Shown in pieces: positions 38,805 to 53,348 of a DNA stretch of 64,000 nucleotides. Positions within the stretch are counted from its first letter, which is position 1. Every line of letters starts with the position of its first letter. This stretch comes from Eledone cirrhosa (taxonomy: Eukaryota). The stretch is from assembly GCA_964016885.1 (NCBI GenBank), contig OZ024762.1, positions 7,440,001 through 7,504,000 of the forward strand, written 5' to 3'. The translations under genes were made by a program, and so were the position numbers. A model generated the notes under the pieces. That model did not search any database, was not told where the DNA came from, and worked only from the letters and a program-made list of their open reading frames with translations.

Positions 38805-39785
38805 TCTGTGGTGAGAATGTCTCAGGAAAGAATCGCTGGACAGATTTGTAACTCGGAGATCAGAGAGTCACTCCAGGTAGAGCTGCTACTTCTCCGAATT
38901 GAGAGATCACAGCTCTGATATTATGGACATGTGGTTAGAATGTCTCAGGAAAGAATTGCTGGACAGATTTGAAGCTCGGAGATCAGAGAGTCACTCTAGG
39001 TAGAGCTGCTACTTCTCCGAATTGAGAGATCACAGCTCTGATATTATGGACATGTGGTTAGAATGTCTCAGGAAAGAATAGCTGGACAGATTTGTAGCTC
39101 GGAGATCATAGAGTCACTCCAGGTAGAGCTGCTACTTCTCCGAATTGAGAGATCACAGCTCGGATATTATGGACATGTGGTTAGAATGTCTCAGGAAAGA
39201 ATAGCTGGACAGATTTGTAGCTCGGAGATCATAGAGTCACTCCAGGTAGAGCTGCTACTTCTCCGAATTGAGAGATCACAGCTCGGATATTATGGACATG
39301 TGGTTAGAATGTCTCAGGAAAGAATAGCTGGACAGATTTGTAGCTCGGAGATCAGAGAGTCACTCCAGGTAGAGCTGCTACTTCTCCGAATTGAGAGATC
39401 ACAGCTCTGATATTATGGACATGTGGTTAGAATGTCTCAGGAAAGAATCGCTGGACAGATTTGTAGCTCGGAGATCAGAGAGTCACTCCAGGTAGAGCTG
39501 CTACTTCTCCGAATTGAGAGATCACAGCTCTGATGCTATGGGCATGTGGTTAGAATGTCTCAGGAAAGAATCGCTGGACAGATTTTACAGGCAAAACAAA
39601 CTGGCAGGAGATCCAGGGGTAGACCCCGAGCAAGATGGTTGGATAACATCCATGAGCTTGGGTGGTCAGGCTTGGGGATCCAGCCGGATCAATTATTGGA
39701 GACAGTTACTTCTGACAGGACCCACTGGAAGGAGTGTTTGAGGGACTCTTCCCTCACAACCCTCTCAGGAATAAGTGGGTGAAGA
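38805..39785 (+). mobile_element. RTE LINE 3' end with ~6 in-frame 123-bp (41-codon) tandem units. Family also at 7805-8025, 33770-34345, 49950-50310 and 54995-55665
   Basis: Encodes [46 protein letters not shown]; gtggttag recurs at 38931, 39054 and 39177. Confidence 0.85.
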
Positions 39786-40269
39786 ATTATCTGTAATATG
39801 GCTAGTTTAGACTTGGGTTTTATTGTGGACATTTCATAGACAGGCAGGAGTATCCTTCCATAGGATATTTCAGAGACAGACGGAAAGGAGTATCCTTCCA
39901 TGGGACAGCAGTAGCTGTACTGTCCCAGATGTGAGAACAGTACTGTCCCAGATGTGAGAACAGTACTGTAACATGGTCTAGGGTGTCTATGTGTGTGAGC
40001 CTGTGGGTATATGTTACACATGAGTCAATGGTGTGAAGGTCATGACTGGACTGTCCCAAGATGTGGGAGCAGTATTCCACTCTATCACTTGAGCCCTTGT
40101 AAAGGGTGAGTACTTATCATAACTTATTTATAGTTAGGTTTCTCAATTGAGCCTTAAAAAATGTTTATGTCTGGAGACTAACCCGCTTCCAGGGTCCCCC
40201 GCGAAACCACCAGACTCCCCCCTAAAAAGTATTTATTATATATACATGGTTTTATGATTTACTTATAAA

Positions 40270-40986
<717 letters not shown>

Positions 40987-41164
40987 TAGCTCTGTAACTT
41001 ACATAGAGCACTCTTCACTCCTATGACTTTTTCAATTTTCAACAGAAACTTCAATACGAGCGAGACGACCAATCTTGACTCAAGTGGGACAATTCCCGTC
41101 TAAACCCATGCTAGCGTGGAAGATAGACGTTAAACGATGATGATGATGATGATGATACACACAC

Positions 41165-41408
41165 ATATATCATCATCATTTTACGTCCGCTCTTCCCTGC
41201 TTGCAAGGGTGGGACGGGTCTTATTCAGCACAGCATCTGTCCACTTGTCACAGTCCTTCGTCATCTCCACCGTGAGCTTAAGCGATCTGAGGTCTGTTCT
41301 CACCACCTCTGCCCATGTTTTTCGTGGTCTACCTCTACTGCGTCTTCCTTCTACTGGCATTTCCTGGCACTTCTTCACCCATCGGTCATCCTCCATGCGC
41401 ATCACATG
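41165..41408 (-). mobile_element. RTE-type LINE 3' end with (GAT)n tail
   Basis: HVMRMEDDRWVKKCQEMPVEGRRSRGRPRKTWAEVV; tail fragments also at 1252, 33269 and 51655. Confidence 0.75.
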
Positions 41409-41780
41409 TATATATATATATACATACATATATCAAGTGTCATAAAATATGACACACATGATACATGTATAGTATGTGTACACACATATATATATATACA
41501 CACACATACATACATCAACGCATATATACATAGACACACACATACAAACCAATAAATACTATATTCTTCTTTATATTTCCATTCATAACCAATTCCTTCT
41601 ATGTCTATTATTAATGTGATGCACTCGTACATTGGAGGTGAAGGACTGGGAGAGAGCACTTGCCCTGGTGGTCAGGGTGCCCATGGCTTTTTAAGGGACT
41701 TTCTCCGTGTGTGACCCTCGGAAGTCCTCTCCCTATACTGAAAAATTTACTTTGTTTAAATTTGTTTTTATATCTTTTAT

Positions 41781-42110
41781 GAAGGCACGTGGCTTAGTGG
41801 TTAGAGCATTGGCCTTGCAATCGAAAGGTTGTGAGTTCAATTCTCAGACCGGGTGATGTGTTGTTTCCTTGAGCAAGATTCTTTATTTGACATTGCTCCA
41901 GTTTACTCAGCTGTAGAAATGAGATTATAGGGACTGGGGTCCATATCATACCACTGCAAAGTGGACATGGAGGTGCCATGGCAAAAAAGCACCCAGCACT
42001 CACTGTAAATGAGGTTGGTGTTAGGAAGGGCATCCAGCTGTAGAAATCAAGCCAGCATCAGTTCCCGTCCCACCCTTGCAAGCAGGGAAAAAGCGGACGT
42101 AAAATGAAAT
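41781..42110 (+). mobile_element. tRNA-derived CORE-like SINE. Copies at 26150-26260 (-), 45160-45535, 50797-50915, 61189-61302 and 62111-62520
   Basis: A box tggcttagtgg, B box gagttcaattc, CORE-like ccttgagcaagacactttatttcac, and (GAT)n tails in long copies. Confidence 0.8.
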
Positions 42111-42387
42111 GAAATAAATCTCATTATATGAACTTTTTACACGCTAAAACCCCAACTTTTTCCATCCTGTTCTGTCTGTACCATCCTTAAAGTTTTTCTT
42201 CATGTGAGCCCTGTGTGGCTAATAAGAAATCATTATTTTTAACAAACAAAAATGAGAGAAACTCATCGCTAGAACAGCCGTTAAAACAGCTAAATGCTGT
42301 CAAAGACAGCGATGGGCAAAAATGCCTCCGAGGACAGGGACCAGCAGCCAGTGGTCAGCATGTTGTTGTTGCGGTTGTTGTTGTTAT

Positions 42388-45300
42388 TTACAGACTGTTG
42401 ATGTATCTTTCGAATACGACTTCAGTGTTGTGCCAAATGTGGTGAAGTTCTTTGGAGAAATTGTCTTCCCAGTCTCTTCGGTAAATCTGTTCCTTCTGTA
42501 GAAAGTCTTTCAACTGACTCTGGGAGACATGGAACTGAAATATGAACCATTTTTTGAAGAAAAGAATGAGAGACAGAAAGACAAAAAGTTAAGTAAAGAG
42601 AGGGGGAGGGAAGGAGCAGGTGAGAGAGGAAGGGTGAGGCAGAAAGAGAGAAAAGCAAAGGATAGAGTGTACTGTGTGTGTAAAAAAATATTTCCAATCT
42701 TAAAAAGTACTCAACTCCCTCCCTTCTGACACCATCAACTAAAAGGAGCCAAAGTTGTCTTACCATACCCCCCCCCCCACACACCCACTAAAAATGTCTT
42801 ACCATATGCCCCACTCTGACCTCACCTACTAAAAAAGGAGTCTGTTATGCCTTACCATACACCCTCTTCCCCGACACCACTCACTAAAAAAAGGCTCTGT
42901 TATATCTTATCATATACCCCCCCCCCCCCTCGTAACACCAACCACCAAAATAGGGGTCTGTTGTCTTACTATCGGCCATTTCCCCAACACCACCCTCTAA
43001 AAAAAGGGCTCTTATATCTTACCACATTATCTGTCTGTTGAGGTTGATTGTGTATTTTATCTCCGACATGGTGAACTTTGTTCTGATTGGCTGTCGGTGG
43101 AGGTCTGTGGACTGTTGATTGGTCGACAGTGTCACCAATTTGATTATGATTGGTCAACTGAGAGAGGACATTAACCTCTTTATTCTTCTTCTTCTCCGCC
43201 TCCTTCTGCTCCAACTCCTCCACTGCTACTTCATCTTCATCTTCTTCTGTTTCCTCTTCTTCTTTTTCCTCTTCTGTTTCTGGAAGAAGTGGAATAAATA
43301 TGAACAAATAATTGTTTCTACTTTTGACACAAGGCCAGTGTATTACTGGTACTTTATTTAATCGACCTCGTAAGGATGAAAGGCAAAGTTAACCTCGACG
43401 GGATTTGAACTCAGAATGGCAAGGGCCGTAACTCTATGCGTCAAAGCATGGTGTCCAACCCTCTACCGAAACTGCCAAAATGGTTTCTGATTTAACCCCT
43501 TAGTTACCAACCCAGCCCAAACCGGCTCTGGTTCTATGAAATAAAATCACCTCGCCTAGAGCACTAAATACCCAGACACACATTGGTGGCTAGCCTGGGA
43601 TACTAAATACCCAGGCACACATTGTAGGGTTAGCCTGGGGTACTAAATACTCAGGCACATGTTATAGGGCTAACCTAGGGTACTAAATACCCAGGCACAC
43701 ATTGTAGGGTTAGCCTGGGGTACTAAATACCCAGGCATATGTTATAGGGTTAACCTAGGGTACTAAATAACCAGGCACACATTGTAGGGTTAGCCTGGGG
43801 TACTAAATACCCAGGCATATGTTATAGGGCTAACCTAGGGTACTAAATATCCAGGCAAACACTGTGTAGCCAAAGATGATAAATACCCAGGTGCTACTTC
43901 TGCAGACACCTGGGTATACATTGTAAGGCAGAAAATAAAAAAGTAACCATAATTCTACTAACGTTTACGAAACTCCTCGACCAATTGTTCATGAAAAACT
44001 GTATTGAGATGATCTAGTGACCCAACCTTCTCTTGGTAATGGTCAGCATTTTCTAGAACATTCTTCTGCTGTTCTTGTGAATCAACCAAGCCCCTGTAAG
44101 AAAATAGAACCTTGAAAATAAATTCACGTAAAAAAAAACAACAACAAAAATGCTTAAGTCTATTTTTTTTAGAATTGTACAATGATACATAAGTGTGGAA
44201 TGACTGTCTTAAAGGAATTAGAACACAAATGAATTTAGTTGTAGCTGCTCGCAGAAACATCTAGAATGTTGCTGTACCTTGAGTGGTGTGTTGTCTCCAC
44301 TGTGTTAAAGTAATTAATCCTTTACCATTTACATTACTCTATATATACTATTGTATTTTCACAGTAAAGGCTTTACCTCACATAACATTTACATTACTCT
44401 ATATATACTATTGTATTTTCACAGTAAAGGCTTTACCTCACATAACATTTACATTACTCTATATATACTATTGTATTTTCACGGTAAAGGCTTTACCTCA
44501 CATAACATTTACATTACTCTATATATACTATTGTATTTTCATGGTAAAGGCTTTACCTCACATAACATTTACATTACTCTATACATACTATTGTATTTTC
44601 ATGGTAAACACTTTATCTTACATAATATCAAATCTATGAGATTTTGATATTATCTAATTTGAGAACAATACCTTAACCTAAGTATGAGCAGCAGTTACAG
44701 CCAGTTTGAACAGAAAGAAGTGAGAGAATTCTGGCCGGATACGGCTAGTTTAAATACTAAAGGGTTAAAGTGATTAAGACCACAAATGATACTGCAAGCA
44801 GCTACTCGCAGAAACATCTAGAATGTAACTGTACCTTGACTTATGTGATGCCAAATCCTTGCCAAAACTTTCCTTCTCATTTGTTTTCAAGTCATTAATC
44901 TTTGACTGTGTTTCCCTCTCATAGTTCTTCAGTTTTTCTCTTTCATCAAAATATTTCTTCTCCAAAACAATCTTCTCAGCCTAACAAGAAACAAGAGAGC
45001 TTATATATATTTAATTATGTAATAAACAACACAATATAATTATTCCATTACCCAAGGTTTCTCGAAGTTAGACGATTCTAACAGAAGCATCTGATATCAC
45101 TCATCAGAAGGAACCTTTATTTTGTGTGTGAGTATATATATATATATTTCTATATCTGTGAAGGCACATGGCTTAGTGGTTAGAGTATTGGGGTTCAATT
45201 CTCAGACCGGGTGATGTGTTGTTTCCTTGAGCAAGACACTTTATTTCACATTGCTCCAGTTACTCAGCTGTAGAAATGAGATGATAGGACTGGGGTTCCT

Positions 45301-48300
45301 ATCATTCCACTGCAAGGTGGTCGTGGAGGCGCCACCGTAAAAAGCACCCAGCCCTCACTGTAAATGAGGTTGGTGTCAGGAAGGGAATCCAGCTGTAGAA
45401 ATCAAGCCAGAATCAGTTCCCGTATAAGCAAGACAAGGTCAGACGACTGGAAACGGCTCACAACAGGACAACCCGTCTAACGCATGCTAGCGTGGAAGAA
45501 CGGACGTAAAACAGTGATGATGATGATGATGATCTATTCAAACAGAACTTAAAACCATAATTTTTTTTTTTTTGGATATGTCACTATTTATAAAACAACT
45601 TTTGTATTTTATCTGATGAGAGCGTACTAAAAAATTTTGGTACCCTTGAAATATATATATAATAGAATAAATATGGCTTTATAAAGATAGTTTCCATTTA
45701 TTAATATAAATGATATCGCTCTCTCTCTATATATACATATACACACACACACACGGGTAGACTGAAAAGTTCATAGGCTGACTATGAATTCGTTTCCAAC
45801 AGTTCATAACGTCAAAGCTAGATGGGGTTACTAGTTTATTGATGTGACGTTTGTCAATGAAAATAGTCATTTTACTGGGGAAAAAAGCCAGCAAGACAAC
45901 TTTATCTGTGTAAATTATACACGGCAGTCAACAGGTTGATGTGGCCTTCCCCAAGAACCAAGAGTTTTTCTCACCTTTAATACTCTTAACTGTTCTTTCA
46001 GGTTAGTACAGTCATCTTTATGATGTAGCAACTCCTGCTGAAGGTGCTGGTTTTCGAGTCGTAGGGTTTCCATCAATTCATTGTCAACCTGTAAATTAGA
46101 AGTAAAGAACTTTATGAAATCACCTGCTGCACCAATCCAGGAGTTTTGCTTTTTATTGTTTTGCCCAGTCCCACTTTAACCCTTTAGCATTTAAACCAAC
46201 CATATCCGGCCAGAATTCTCTCACCTGTTTCTGTTCAAACTGGCCGTAACTGGTCACTCATACTGATGTTAAGGTATTGTTAACAAACCACACCCCATCT
46301 ACCCACCCCCTACCCAGATATATACCCAGGTATCTACGCCTCTACCCAGGTATTTACCCACCCCTATCCAGGTATATACCCACCCTACCTATATATATAT
46401 ATATATACCTAGGTATCCCATTGTAAAGTGGACGTGGAGGTTGCCATGGAAAAAAGCACCCAGCACTCACTGTAAATAAGGTTAGTGTTAGGAAGGGCAT
46501 CCAGCTGTAGCAATCAAGCCAGAATCAGTTCCCGTATGAGCAAGACAAGGTCAGCCGACCGGACACTGCCCACAACAGGACAACCCATCTAACCCATGCT
46601 AGTGTGGAAGATGTATCTATCCAACACTACCCAGATATCTAGTCACAACTAACCTTCATTCTAGCAGCCTGATCCTCTCTAGATTGTTCCAGCTCCACTT
46701 GCAAGCTTTTGATGGCCGCTATCCTCGTATTGACATCAATCCTCAAAGCTATTACAGCTCTCTTGAGAAGGTCATCAGATTTACCGAAGTCCCTGCAATG
46801 AAAGAGAAACTACAGTTCACAGACAATTATCTCTTTCGATACCATATTTCTAGTTAAAGACACTGCTTAGGAATTCCCAAATATTTCTGAAAATAATCAA
46901 GAATTTAGGGTGATTTAATAACATGATTAATCTTCTCATTAGTAAGAGCGGTGGATTGACAGTATCGGTAGAGGGTCGGACGCCATGCTTTGCAGAAAAG
47001 AGTTATGGCCCTTTATGGTCTGAGTTCAAATCCCGCCGCGGTTAACTGTCTTTCATCCTTATGAGGTCGATAAAATAAAGTACCAGTAATACACTGGGGT
47101 AATTGCTGGCCTTGTGCCAAAAGTAGAAACAATTATTAAGTTGGTGTTTAGAACATAACTTAACAAAGGTTCTTAAATAAAATTATGATGAAAGGTTTTT
47201 AAATAAATATAAACATTTTAAATCTTTCAGTACCATATTTCTAATGAAAGACACTGTTAATTGTTCAAATCCTAGGAGACAAGCGGTAGTCAGTCTCTTA
47301 GCAACAACAGGAGAATATGTAGTTTTGATTGATTGTATGAGAAATCATCACCACCATCACTATCACCATCACCACCACCAATATCACCATCACTATGATC
47401 ATCACCACCATCACCACCACCACCACCATCACCCCCACCATCATCATTATCACCACCACCACCACTACCACCACCATCATTTATCATCCATTTGATGTAA
47501 AGACAGAATTGAGATGTTTAACTAGACACGTCAAATCATGTATAAGAGCTGTCGCACCATCTGTGACACCCTACCATGACCCCCACCACCAACTACAATA
47601 ATGTATATACTTACACCAAAGCGTCACTCTGTTCTTTAATCAAATCATTAAGTTTATAAATCTCCTGTTCTCCGTCTTGTCTCAATCTCTCAGATTCTTC
47701 AATATTGTTGGCTAGTTTCTCATTTACAGCTTCCAAATCCTGAAATATCGTTTTACAACATCAACATTATAATTACCTCACAACACAATATCTCAGCCAC
47801 CTCACAACACTACTTTATTGTTACTTCACAACACATTATAGCTACCACACAACACTACATTACAGTTAATTCACAATAGATTATTGTTACTTCACAACAC
47901 ATTATAACTACCACACAACACTACATTACAGTTAATTCACACTACATTATTGTTACTTCACAACACATTATAGCTACCACACAACCCATTACTGTTACCA
48001 CACAACACTATATTACAGCTACCTCACAACACACTATCGCAGCTACCTCACAAGACTACATTATATTTACATCAAAACACTATATTATATCGCAGCTACC
48101 TCACAAGACTACATTATATTTACATCGTGGATTGGCAGTATCGTTAGAGGGTCTGACGCCATGTTTTGCAGCAAAGAGTTACAACCCTTTATGGCCTGAG
48201 TTCAAATCCCGCCGAGGTTAACTTTGCCTTTCATCCTTACGGGGTCGATAAAATAAATACCAGTAATGCACTGGGATAATTGCTGGCTTTGTGCCAAAAG

Positions 48301-51144
48301 TAGAAACAATTATATTTACATCACAACACAATATTCTATTTAACAAACAAAGCCAAACAAAAGCCCACAGAGAGGTACGAAGTGCGAGTTACTAGGAAGC
48401 AGCTATTTACCGAACATCTGTCTTGAAGAGTCTGGTATTCAGAATTAACGGAATCAAAATCTTCCTCGAGGATGTCCTTCTGTTCTTGAACAACTTTCAA
48501 CTGATTTTCACATTCTGTTAGCTTTTCTGAAAGTTGTTGGACCTCCAGTTTTCTCTCTCCATCTTTGCTGTTGTTAGATTTATGGTATTTCTCCATCTTC
48601 TGCATCTTGCGCAGGAACGATTTGTGAAGTTGCTCGTGTTCAGATCTTAGTTGAGCTGCCTGGAAGGTTTATTTAAAGAGGAAAGAGAGATAGAGATAGG
48701 TCAGATAAATAGAACGACAAAATACAGAACAGAACAAATTTTTTCACCTTTTAAGCACTGAGAATATATGCAGGTGACATGACAAAAAGCTCCCACTGTA
48801 AAGTGGTCGTGTAGGTGACACAACAAAAAAGTCCCCGGCCCAAACTGTAAAATAGTAGTGCTGGTGACATGACAAAAGGCCACCAATACCTGCTGTAAAG
48901 TGGTTGTGTAGGTGACACAACAAAAAGTCTCCAGCCCAAACTGTAAAATAATAGTGCTGGTGACATGACAAAAAGCCACCAATACTCACTGTAAAATGGT
49001 TGTGTAGGTGTCACAACAAAAAGCACACAGTATTCACTATAAAATGGTCGAATAGGTGTCACGACAAAAAGCACCCAGTACTCACTGTAAATGTGGTTGG
49101 TGTTAGGTGCCATAAGAACCCACACTGTAAAATAGTAGTGCTGGTGCCATGACATAATGCACCCAGTACACTCTGTAAACTGGTAGAGGTGTTGCTATGA
49201 CAAAGTGCTCCCAGTCCACTCGATAAGGTGATAGTGATGGTGCCATCATAAAATAAACCAAGTACAATATGTAAGGTGGTAGTGATGGTGCCATAACAAA
49301 ATGTACCCAGTACAAATGGATGGAGTTGGGAAAATGTAGCCATAGTATTCTACATAGAATTGTCCAACCCATGCTAGCATGGAATGCACGTGTGGTCCCA
49401 TAACTCCTGAGAGAGTTGTAGGGGTACTGTATTGACACACAGCGTTTCTAAGGCGTTTTGAAACCTGACGGAGCCAGCATGTAATAACAGGTGTGAAATA
49501 AATGATGATTAAGTATGGTTCTCACCTTTGATTTAAGTTTTGTCATCTCTTTCTCGTGAACTTCCTCTAAGTTTTCTTTCTCTGCAGTGAGTTTAGCAAC
49601 TTGGGTTTCAAGAGTTAGTGTCTGGCGAAAAAAAATATTTTAACCCTTTAGCATTTACCTTACTCTATATATACTATTGTATTTTTGTGGGGTAAAGGCT
49701 TTATCTTACATAATTATCTCACATAATATCGAATCTATGAGATTTCGATGTTATTTATTTTGAGAACAATACCTTAACGTCAGTATGGGTAGCTAGTTAT
49801 GGTCGGTTTGAACAGAAAGAGGTGAGAGAATTCTGGCTGGATATGGCCGGTTTAAATGCTAAAGGGTTAACCCTTTTGTGAAAATATTTCTAATGAAATA
49901 CACTGACTGAATCACAATTAATTAATGAAGAATTTGAGGCCTTCTCCTCTTCGCCAACTTATTCTTAAGAGGATCATGGGGGCCCGAGTCCTCAAACACT
50001 CGTTCCAGCAGGTCCTGTCAGAAGCAACCCTCTCCAACTGATCCGGCTGGATCCCCAAACAATACCAGCCAAGCTCATGGATGTTATCCAACCATCCTGT
50101 TAGGGGTTTACCTCTGGTTCTTCTGTTGGTTGGTTTTTGCCTGTAAAATCTGTCCAGTGATTCTTTCCTGAGACATTCTAACCACATGTCCATAGTATCA
50201 GAGCTGTGATCTCTCAATTCGGAGAAGTAGTGGCTCTACCTGGAGTGACTCTCTGATCTCAGAGCTACATTACTCCAAAGGCCCTTTGGAGGAACCCCAT
50301 TTCAGCCTATGAACTTCAGAAAAGGTTCTTTTGTTGTGAAAAACTTTAATATTTAATGTCATGCAATCACAGCACCTGTCTTCTACTTTCCAAGAATGTC
50401 TTGCTAATGTGGTCTCATGTGGTTCAGGACATTAAGAATGAAGGTCAAACAGAACTGACTGACCTTTTTGGAATTCTCATCAATATTTAATCTCTGTTGT
50501 TGACATTCCTGGTTCTTCTTTTCGAACTGTTTATGGACTTTTCTCATTTGTTGTTTCAGGCCTGTCTCTCTGTTTTTCACTTTTATTTCAATATTTTGCA
50601 CCAAATCTCGTAATTCTTGTTCACACGACCTCATCAAAGTTCCTCCGACAGGAAGCCTGGAAAGAAAGAGGAGTAGAGGAGAGAATATAAGAATTCCACG
50701 TAGCAGATGTGAAAAATTCCATGTGACTTATTTACCATATCTTGCTTTAAGCCTGAAATACTGAGCCCTATGTATATTAGTTTTATAATAGTATATTTTG
50801 GCTCGCGGCTGAGTGGGTAGCGAATAGGATTCACAATCGTGAGGTTGTGAGTTCGATTCCCGGACCGGATAATGCGTTATGTCCTTGAGTAAGACACTTT
50901 ATTTCACGTTGCTCCTTCTACCCGGAGTTGCGAACGATAGATAGTATTAGCAATTGGAAAGACCAGTGGAAACATTGTTTCCTCGGTCTGATTTGACGAA
51001 AGTCAGTCGACTCCTGTCTATATATATACAGTCTTCTATGAATTGATATAGCTAAAACAATAGAAATATCCAGTAAGCAACTTACAGGTTTTCATTTTTT
51101 AAGTCTATCCACAGACCTTGAGAATAAACTTCTTTATCAGCCAT
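42388..51144 (-). CDS. CEP63: CEP63/DEUP1-family centriole duplication coiled-coil protein, ~551 aa. Coding exons 51086-51144, 50464-50656, 49526-49621, 48411-48659, 47615-47739, 46654-46792, 45975-46088, 44835-44980, 43963-44093, 43023-43279, 42388-42534
   Basis: N-terminal GGTLMRSCEQELRDLVQNIEIKVKNR resembles CEP63 [25 protein letters not shown]. C-terminal DFLQKEQIYRRDWEDNFSKELHHIWHNTEVVFERY resembles the CEP63/DEUP1 terminal FLEEEE..HI..L motif. All GT-AG phases are consistent, and there is an in-frame stop upstream of ATG 51144. Confidence 0.85.
43564..43895. repeat. 40-bp tandem repeat with two alternating variants
   Basis: tactaaatac recurs at 43601, 43641, 43681 and onward. Confidence 0.88.
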
Positions 51145-51603
51145 AATTCTTGGTTTGCTGTCATCTGATTAAACTAGAAACTTCTTTCACTCTTCAAGAT
51201 ATTTATCTGAAAAACAAACAAACAAAATTCCAAATTTTAATAAACTTTTTAACCTTTTCCTTGTCATATTTCTAATTAAAAAAACACTGCTTCTGATTTT
51301 TAACTAATTTCGAAAAAGGAAAAAAAAAAAGAATTTTTTAGGATGGTGTGAGGTTTAGTAATATAACTATCCTTTTCTTTTCTTATTTGTTATATTATGA
51401 AGTCAGTTATATTTGTAACGTTATTTATACAACTGTGAATATAATTTCTGTATATTCTTTCTGATTATAAAACTAGTGTTTGGAACATAACTTAACAGAG
51501 GTGCTTACATGATGGAAGGTTTTTTGATTGAATATATACACTTTAAAATACATTTTTGTATCATGGAATTAAAGGTGGTTCCAGGCAGTTTGATATCAAG
51601 TGA

Positions 51604-51688
<85 letters not shown>

Positions 51689-52539
51689 TTTACGTCCGCT
51701 TTTCCCTGCTTGCAAGATATATATATATATAATAATAATAATGAAATTATTATACAGTGCTCAGGTGCACTACAACTCATCAAAGGTGCATGTATAGTAC
51801 ATAGAATAATATACAAATGTCAGGGAAGTGAATAGTTTATGAGTCATGATATACATGTGTGTATGGAGGGGGAATATTAGGTTTCGTGTTGGCGAATCTC
51901 AGGAAGCATTGAGGTTTTAAAGGATGCTGTGTCTCGACAGCTAACTACTGATGCAGGTAGTTTGTTCCATGGAGGTCTTAAAGGATGCAGTGTCACGACA
52001 GCTAACAACCGATGCAGGTAGTTTGTTCCATGCTTCAGCAACTCTGAGCGTGAAAACATGTTTCCAAAAGTCATGGGAGCTGTGCTGTTTTCTAACTTTG
52101 TGGGCATGCCCACGTGTGTTAGACACATGGAAATCAAAAAGGTACTCAGAGTTGTTGTTGTCAAGATGGTTAATAATTTTGTCAGTGTTTACCAAGTCAG
52201 TTGCCAGACGTGTGAGATTCAATGTACCCATGCCCAGGGAAGCAAAGCGTTCAGAGTATGGTAGATGCCTGATGGAGGGTATTCGCTAGGATGCACGTCT
52301 CTGAACAGTTTATATGTGTGTGTGTGTAGAAATCCGTAGATGAAATGTCAAGAAAAACAGTGCTCAATCTGTTGCAAAAAAGCTTATTTAGTATAAACAA
52401 AGTTTATATATATATATAAACAATGAGTTATATTATATTTTATCTGACGAAAGCGTACTTAAATATTAGTACCCTTGAAATACGTATAATAAAATAAATA
52501 TGGTTTTGTAAAGATATTTTCCATTTATTAATATTGTTG

Positions 52540-52577
<38 letters not shown>

Positions 52578-52669
52578 CAGAAGGGATATTCAATTTGTTG
52601 GTAATTCAACAAAATATAAATGTTTAGAACTGATTCAGAGCACTCGACAGTTTTTATATATATATATTT

Positions 52670-52706
<37 letters not shown>

Positions 52707-52714
52707 GATAGATT

Positions 52715-52750
<36 letters not shown>

Positions 52751-52773
52751 AGATTTTTTATATATATATAGTT

Positions 52774-52812
<39 letters not shown>

Positions 52813-53072
52813 CCGTCAGTTTTATGATAGATACCTTTAGAAATACCAATCGAAGACGAAGATCAAATAAGATCGAAATGAATCAATGAATTAGTTAAAA
52901 ACCCAGTAAATTCTTCAGTAAATTTCAATCGAAATAAATTATAACTATTCAAACATGTTTTGTTATGAGTCTTTTTATATGTTTGGCAGAGAAAGAAACA
53001 CCGAAAATAGGTGATTATTTTAAACTACAATATAATTAATATCTTTAACGAACAAACATCTTTTAATTAGAT

Positions 53073-53086
53073 TTTGTCATGGATAC
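53073..53086 (-). promoter_or_regulatory. X-box (RFX)-like motif upstream of CEP63/DEUP1
   Basis: GTATCCATGACAAA on the minus strand, close to the RFX consensus GTHNCCATGGNAAC; a donor-like AAG|gtatct near 52835 suggests the first exon lies just downstream. Confidence 0.4.
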
Positions 53087-53299
53087 CGACTCCGACCCTT
53101 CAACACACCTACCAAAACATTGTCACTCAGTGTTGTGTTTTAACCATTAGCTCAGCAAAACCTGTTAGGACATGTTAACCAATATCTGAATAGACGTGGC
53201 AGATTTTGGTATATCATATTTATATATATATAGAAATGGCTTCTACAGGGCTAGAAGTATTTCATTCGGGAGAAATCATCAGGAAGCCCTTTCATCCGT

Positions 53300-53348
53300 G
53301 CTTCCTGATGATTTCTCCCGAATGAAACAGCTCTAGTCCTGTAGAAGC
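53300..53348 (+). ncRNA. Type I hammerhead ribozyme-like motif (Penelope-like terminal repeat), with an inverted partner at 53239-53287
   Basis: GCTTC-CTGATGA-T TTC tccc GAA T-GAAA-CAG ctctagtc CTG-TA-GAAGC: stems I and III, core and GUA site are present; stem II is short and flanked by U.U. Confidence 0.65.

Noticed and set aside
41781-41855. tRNA genes suggested by A/B boxes
   Set aside because: No complete cloverleaf; these are multi-copy SINE heads.
43564-43895. Telomere-like TAGGGTTAG words
   Set aside because: Single words inside a 40-bp minisatellite, not a (TTAGGG)n tract.
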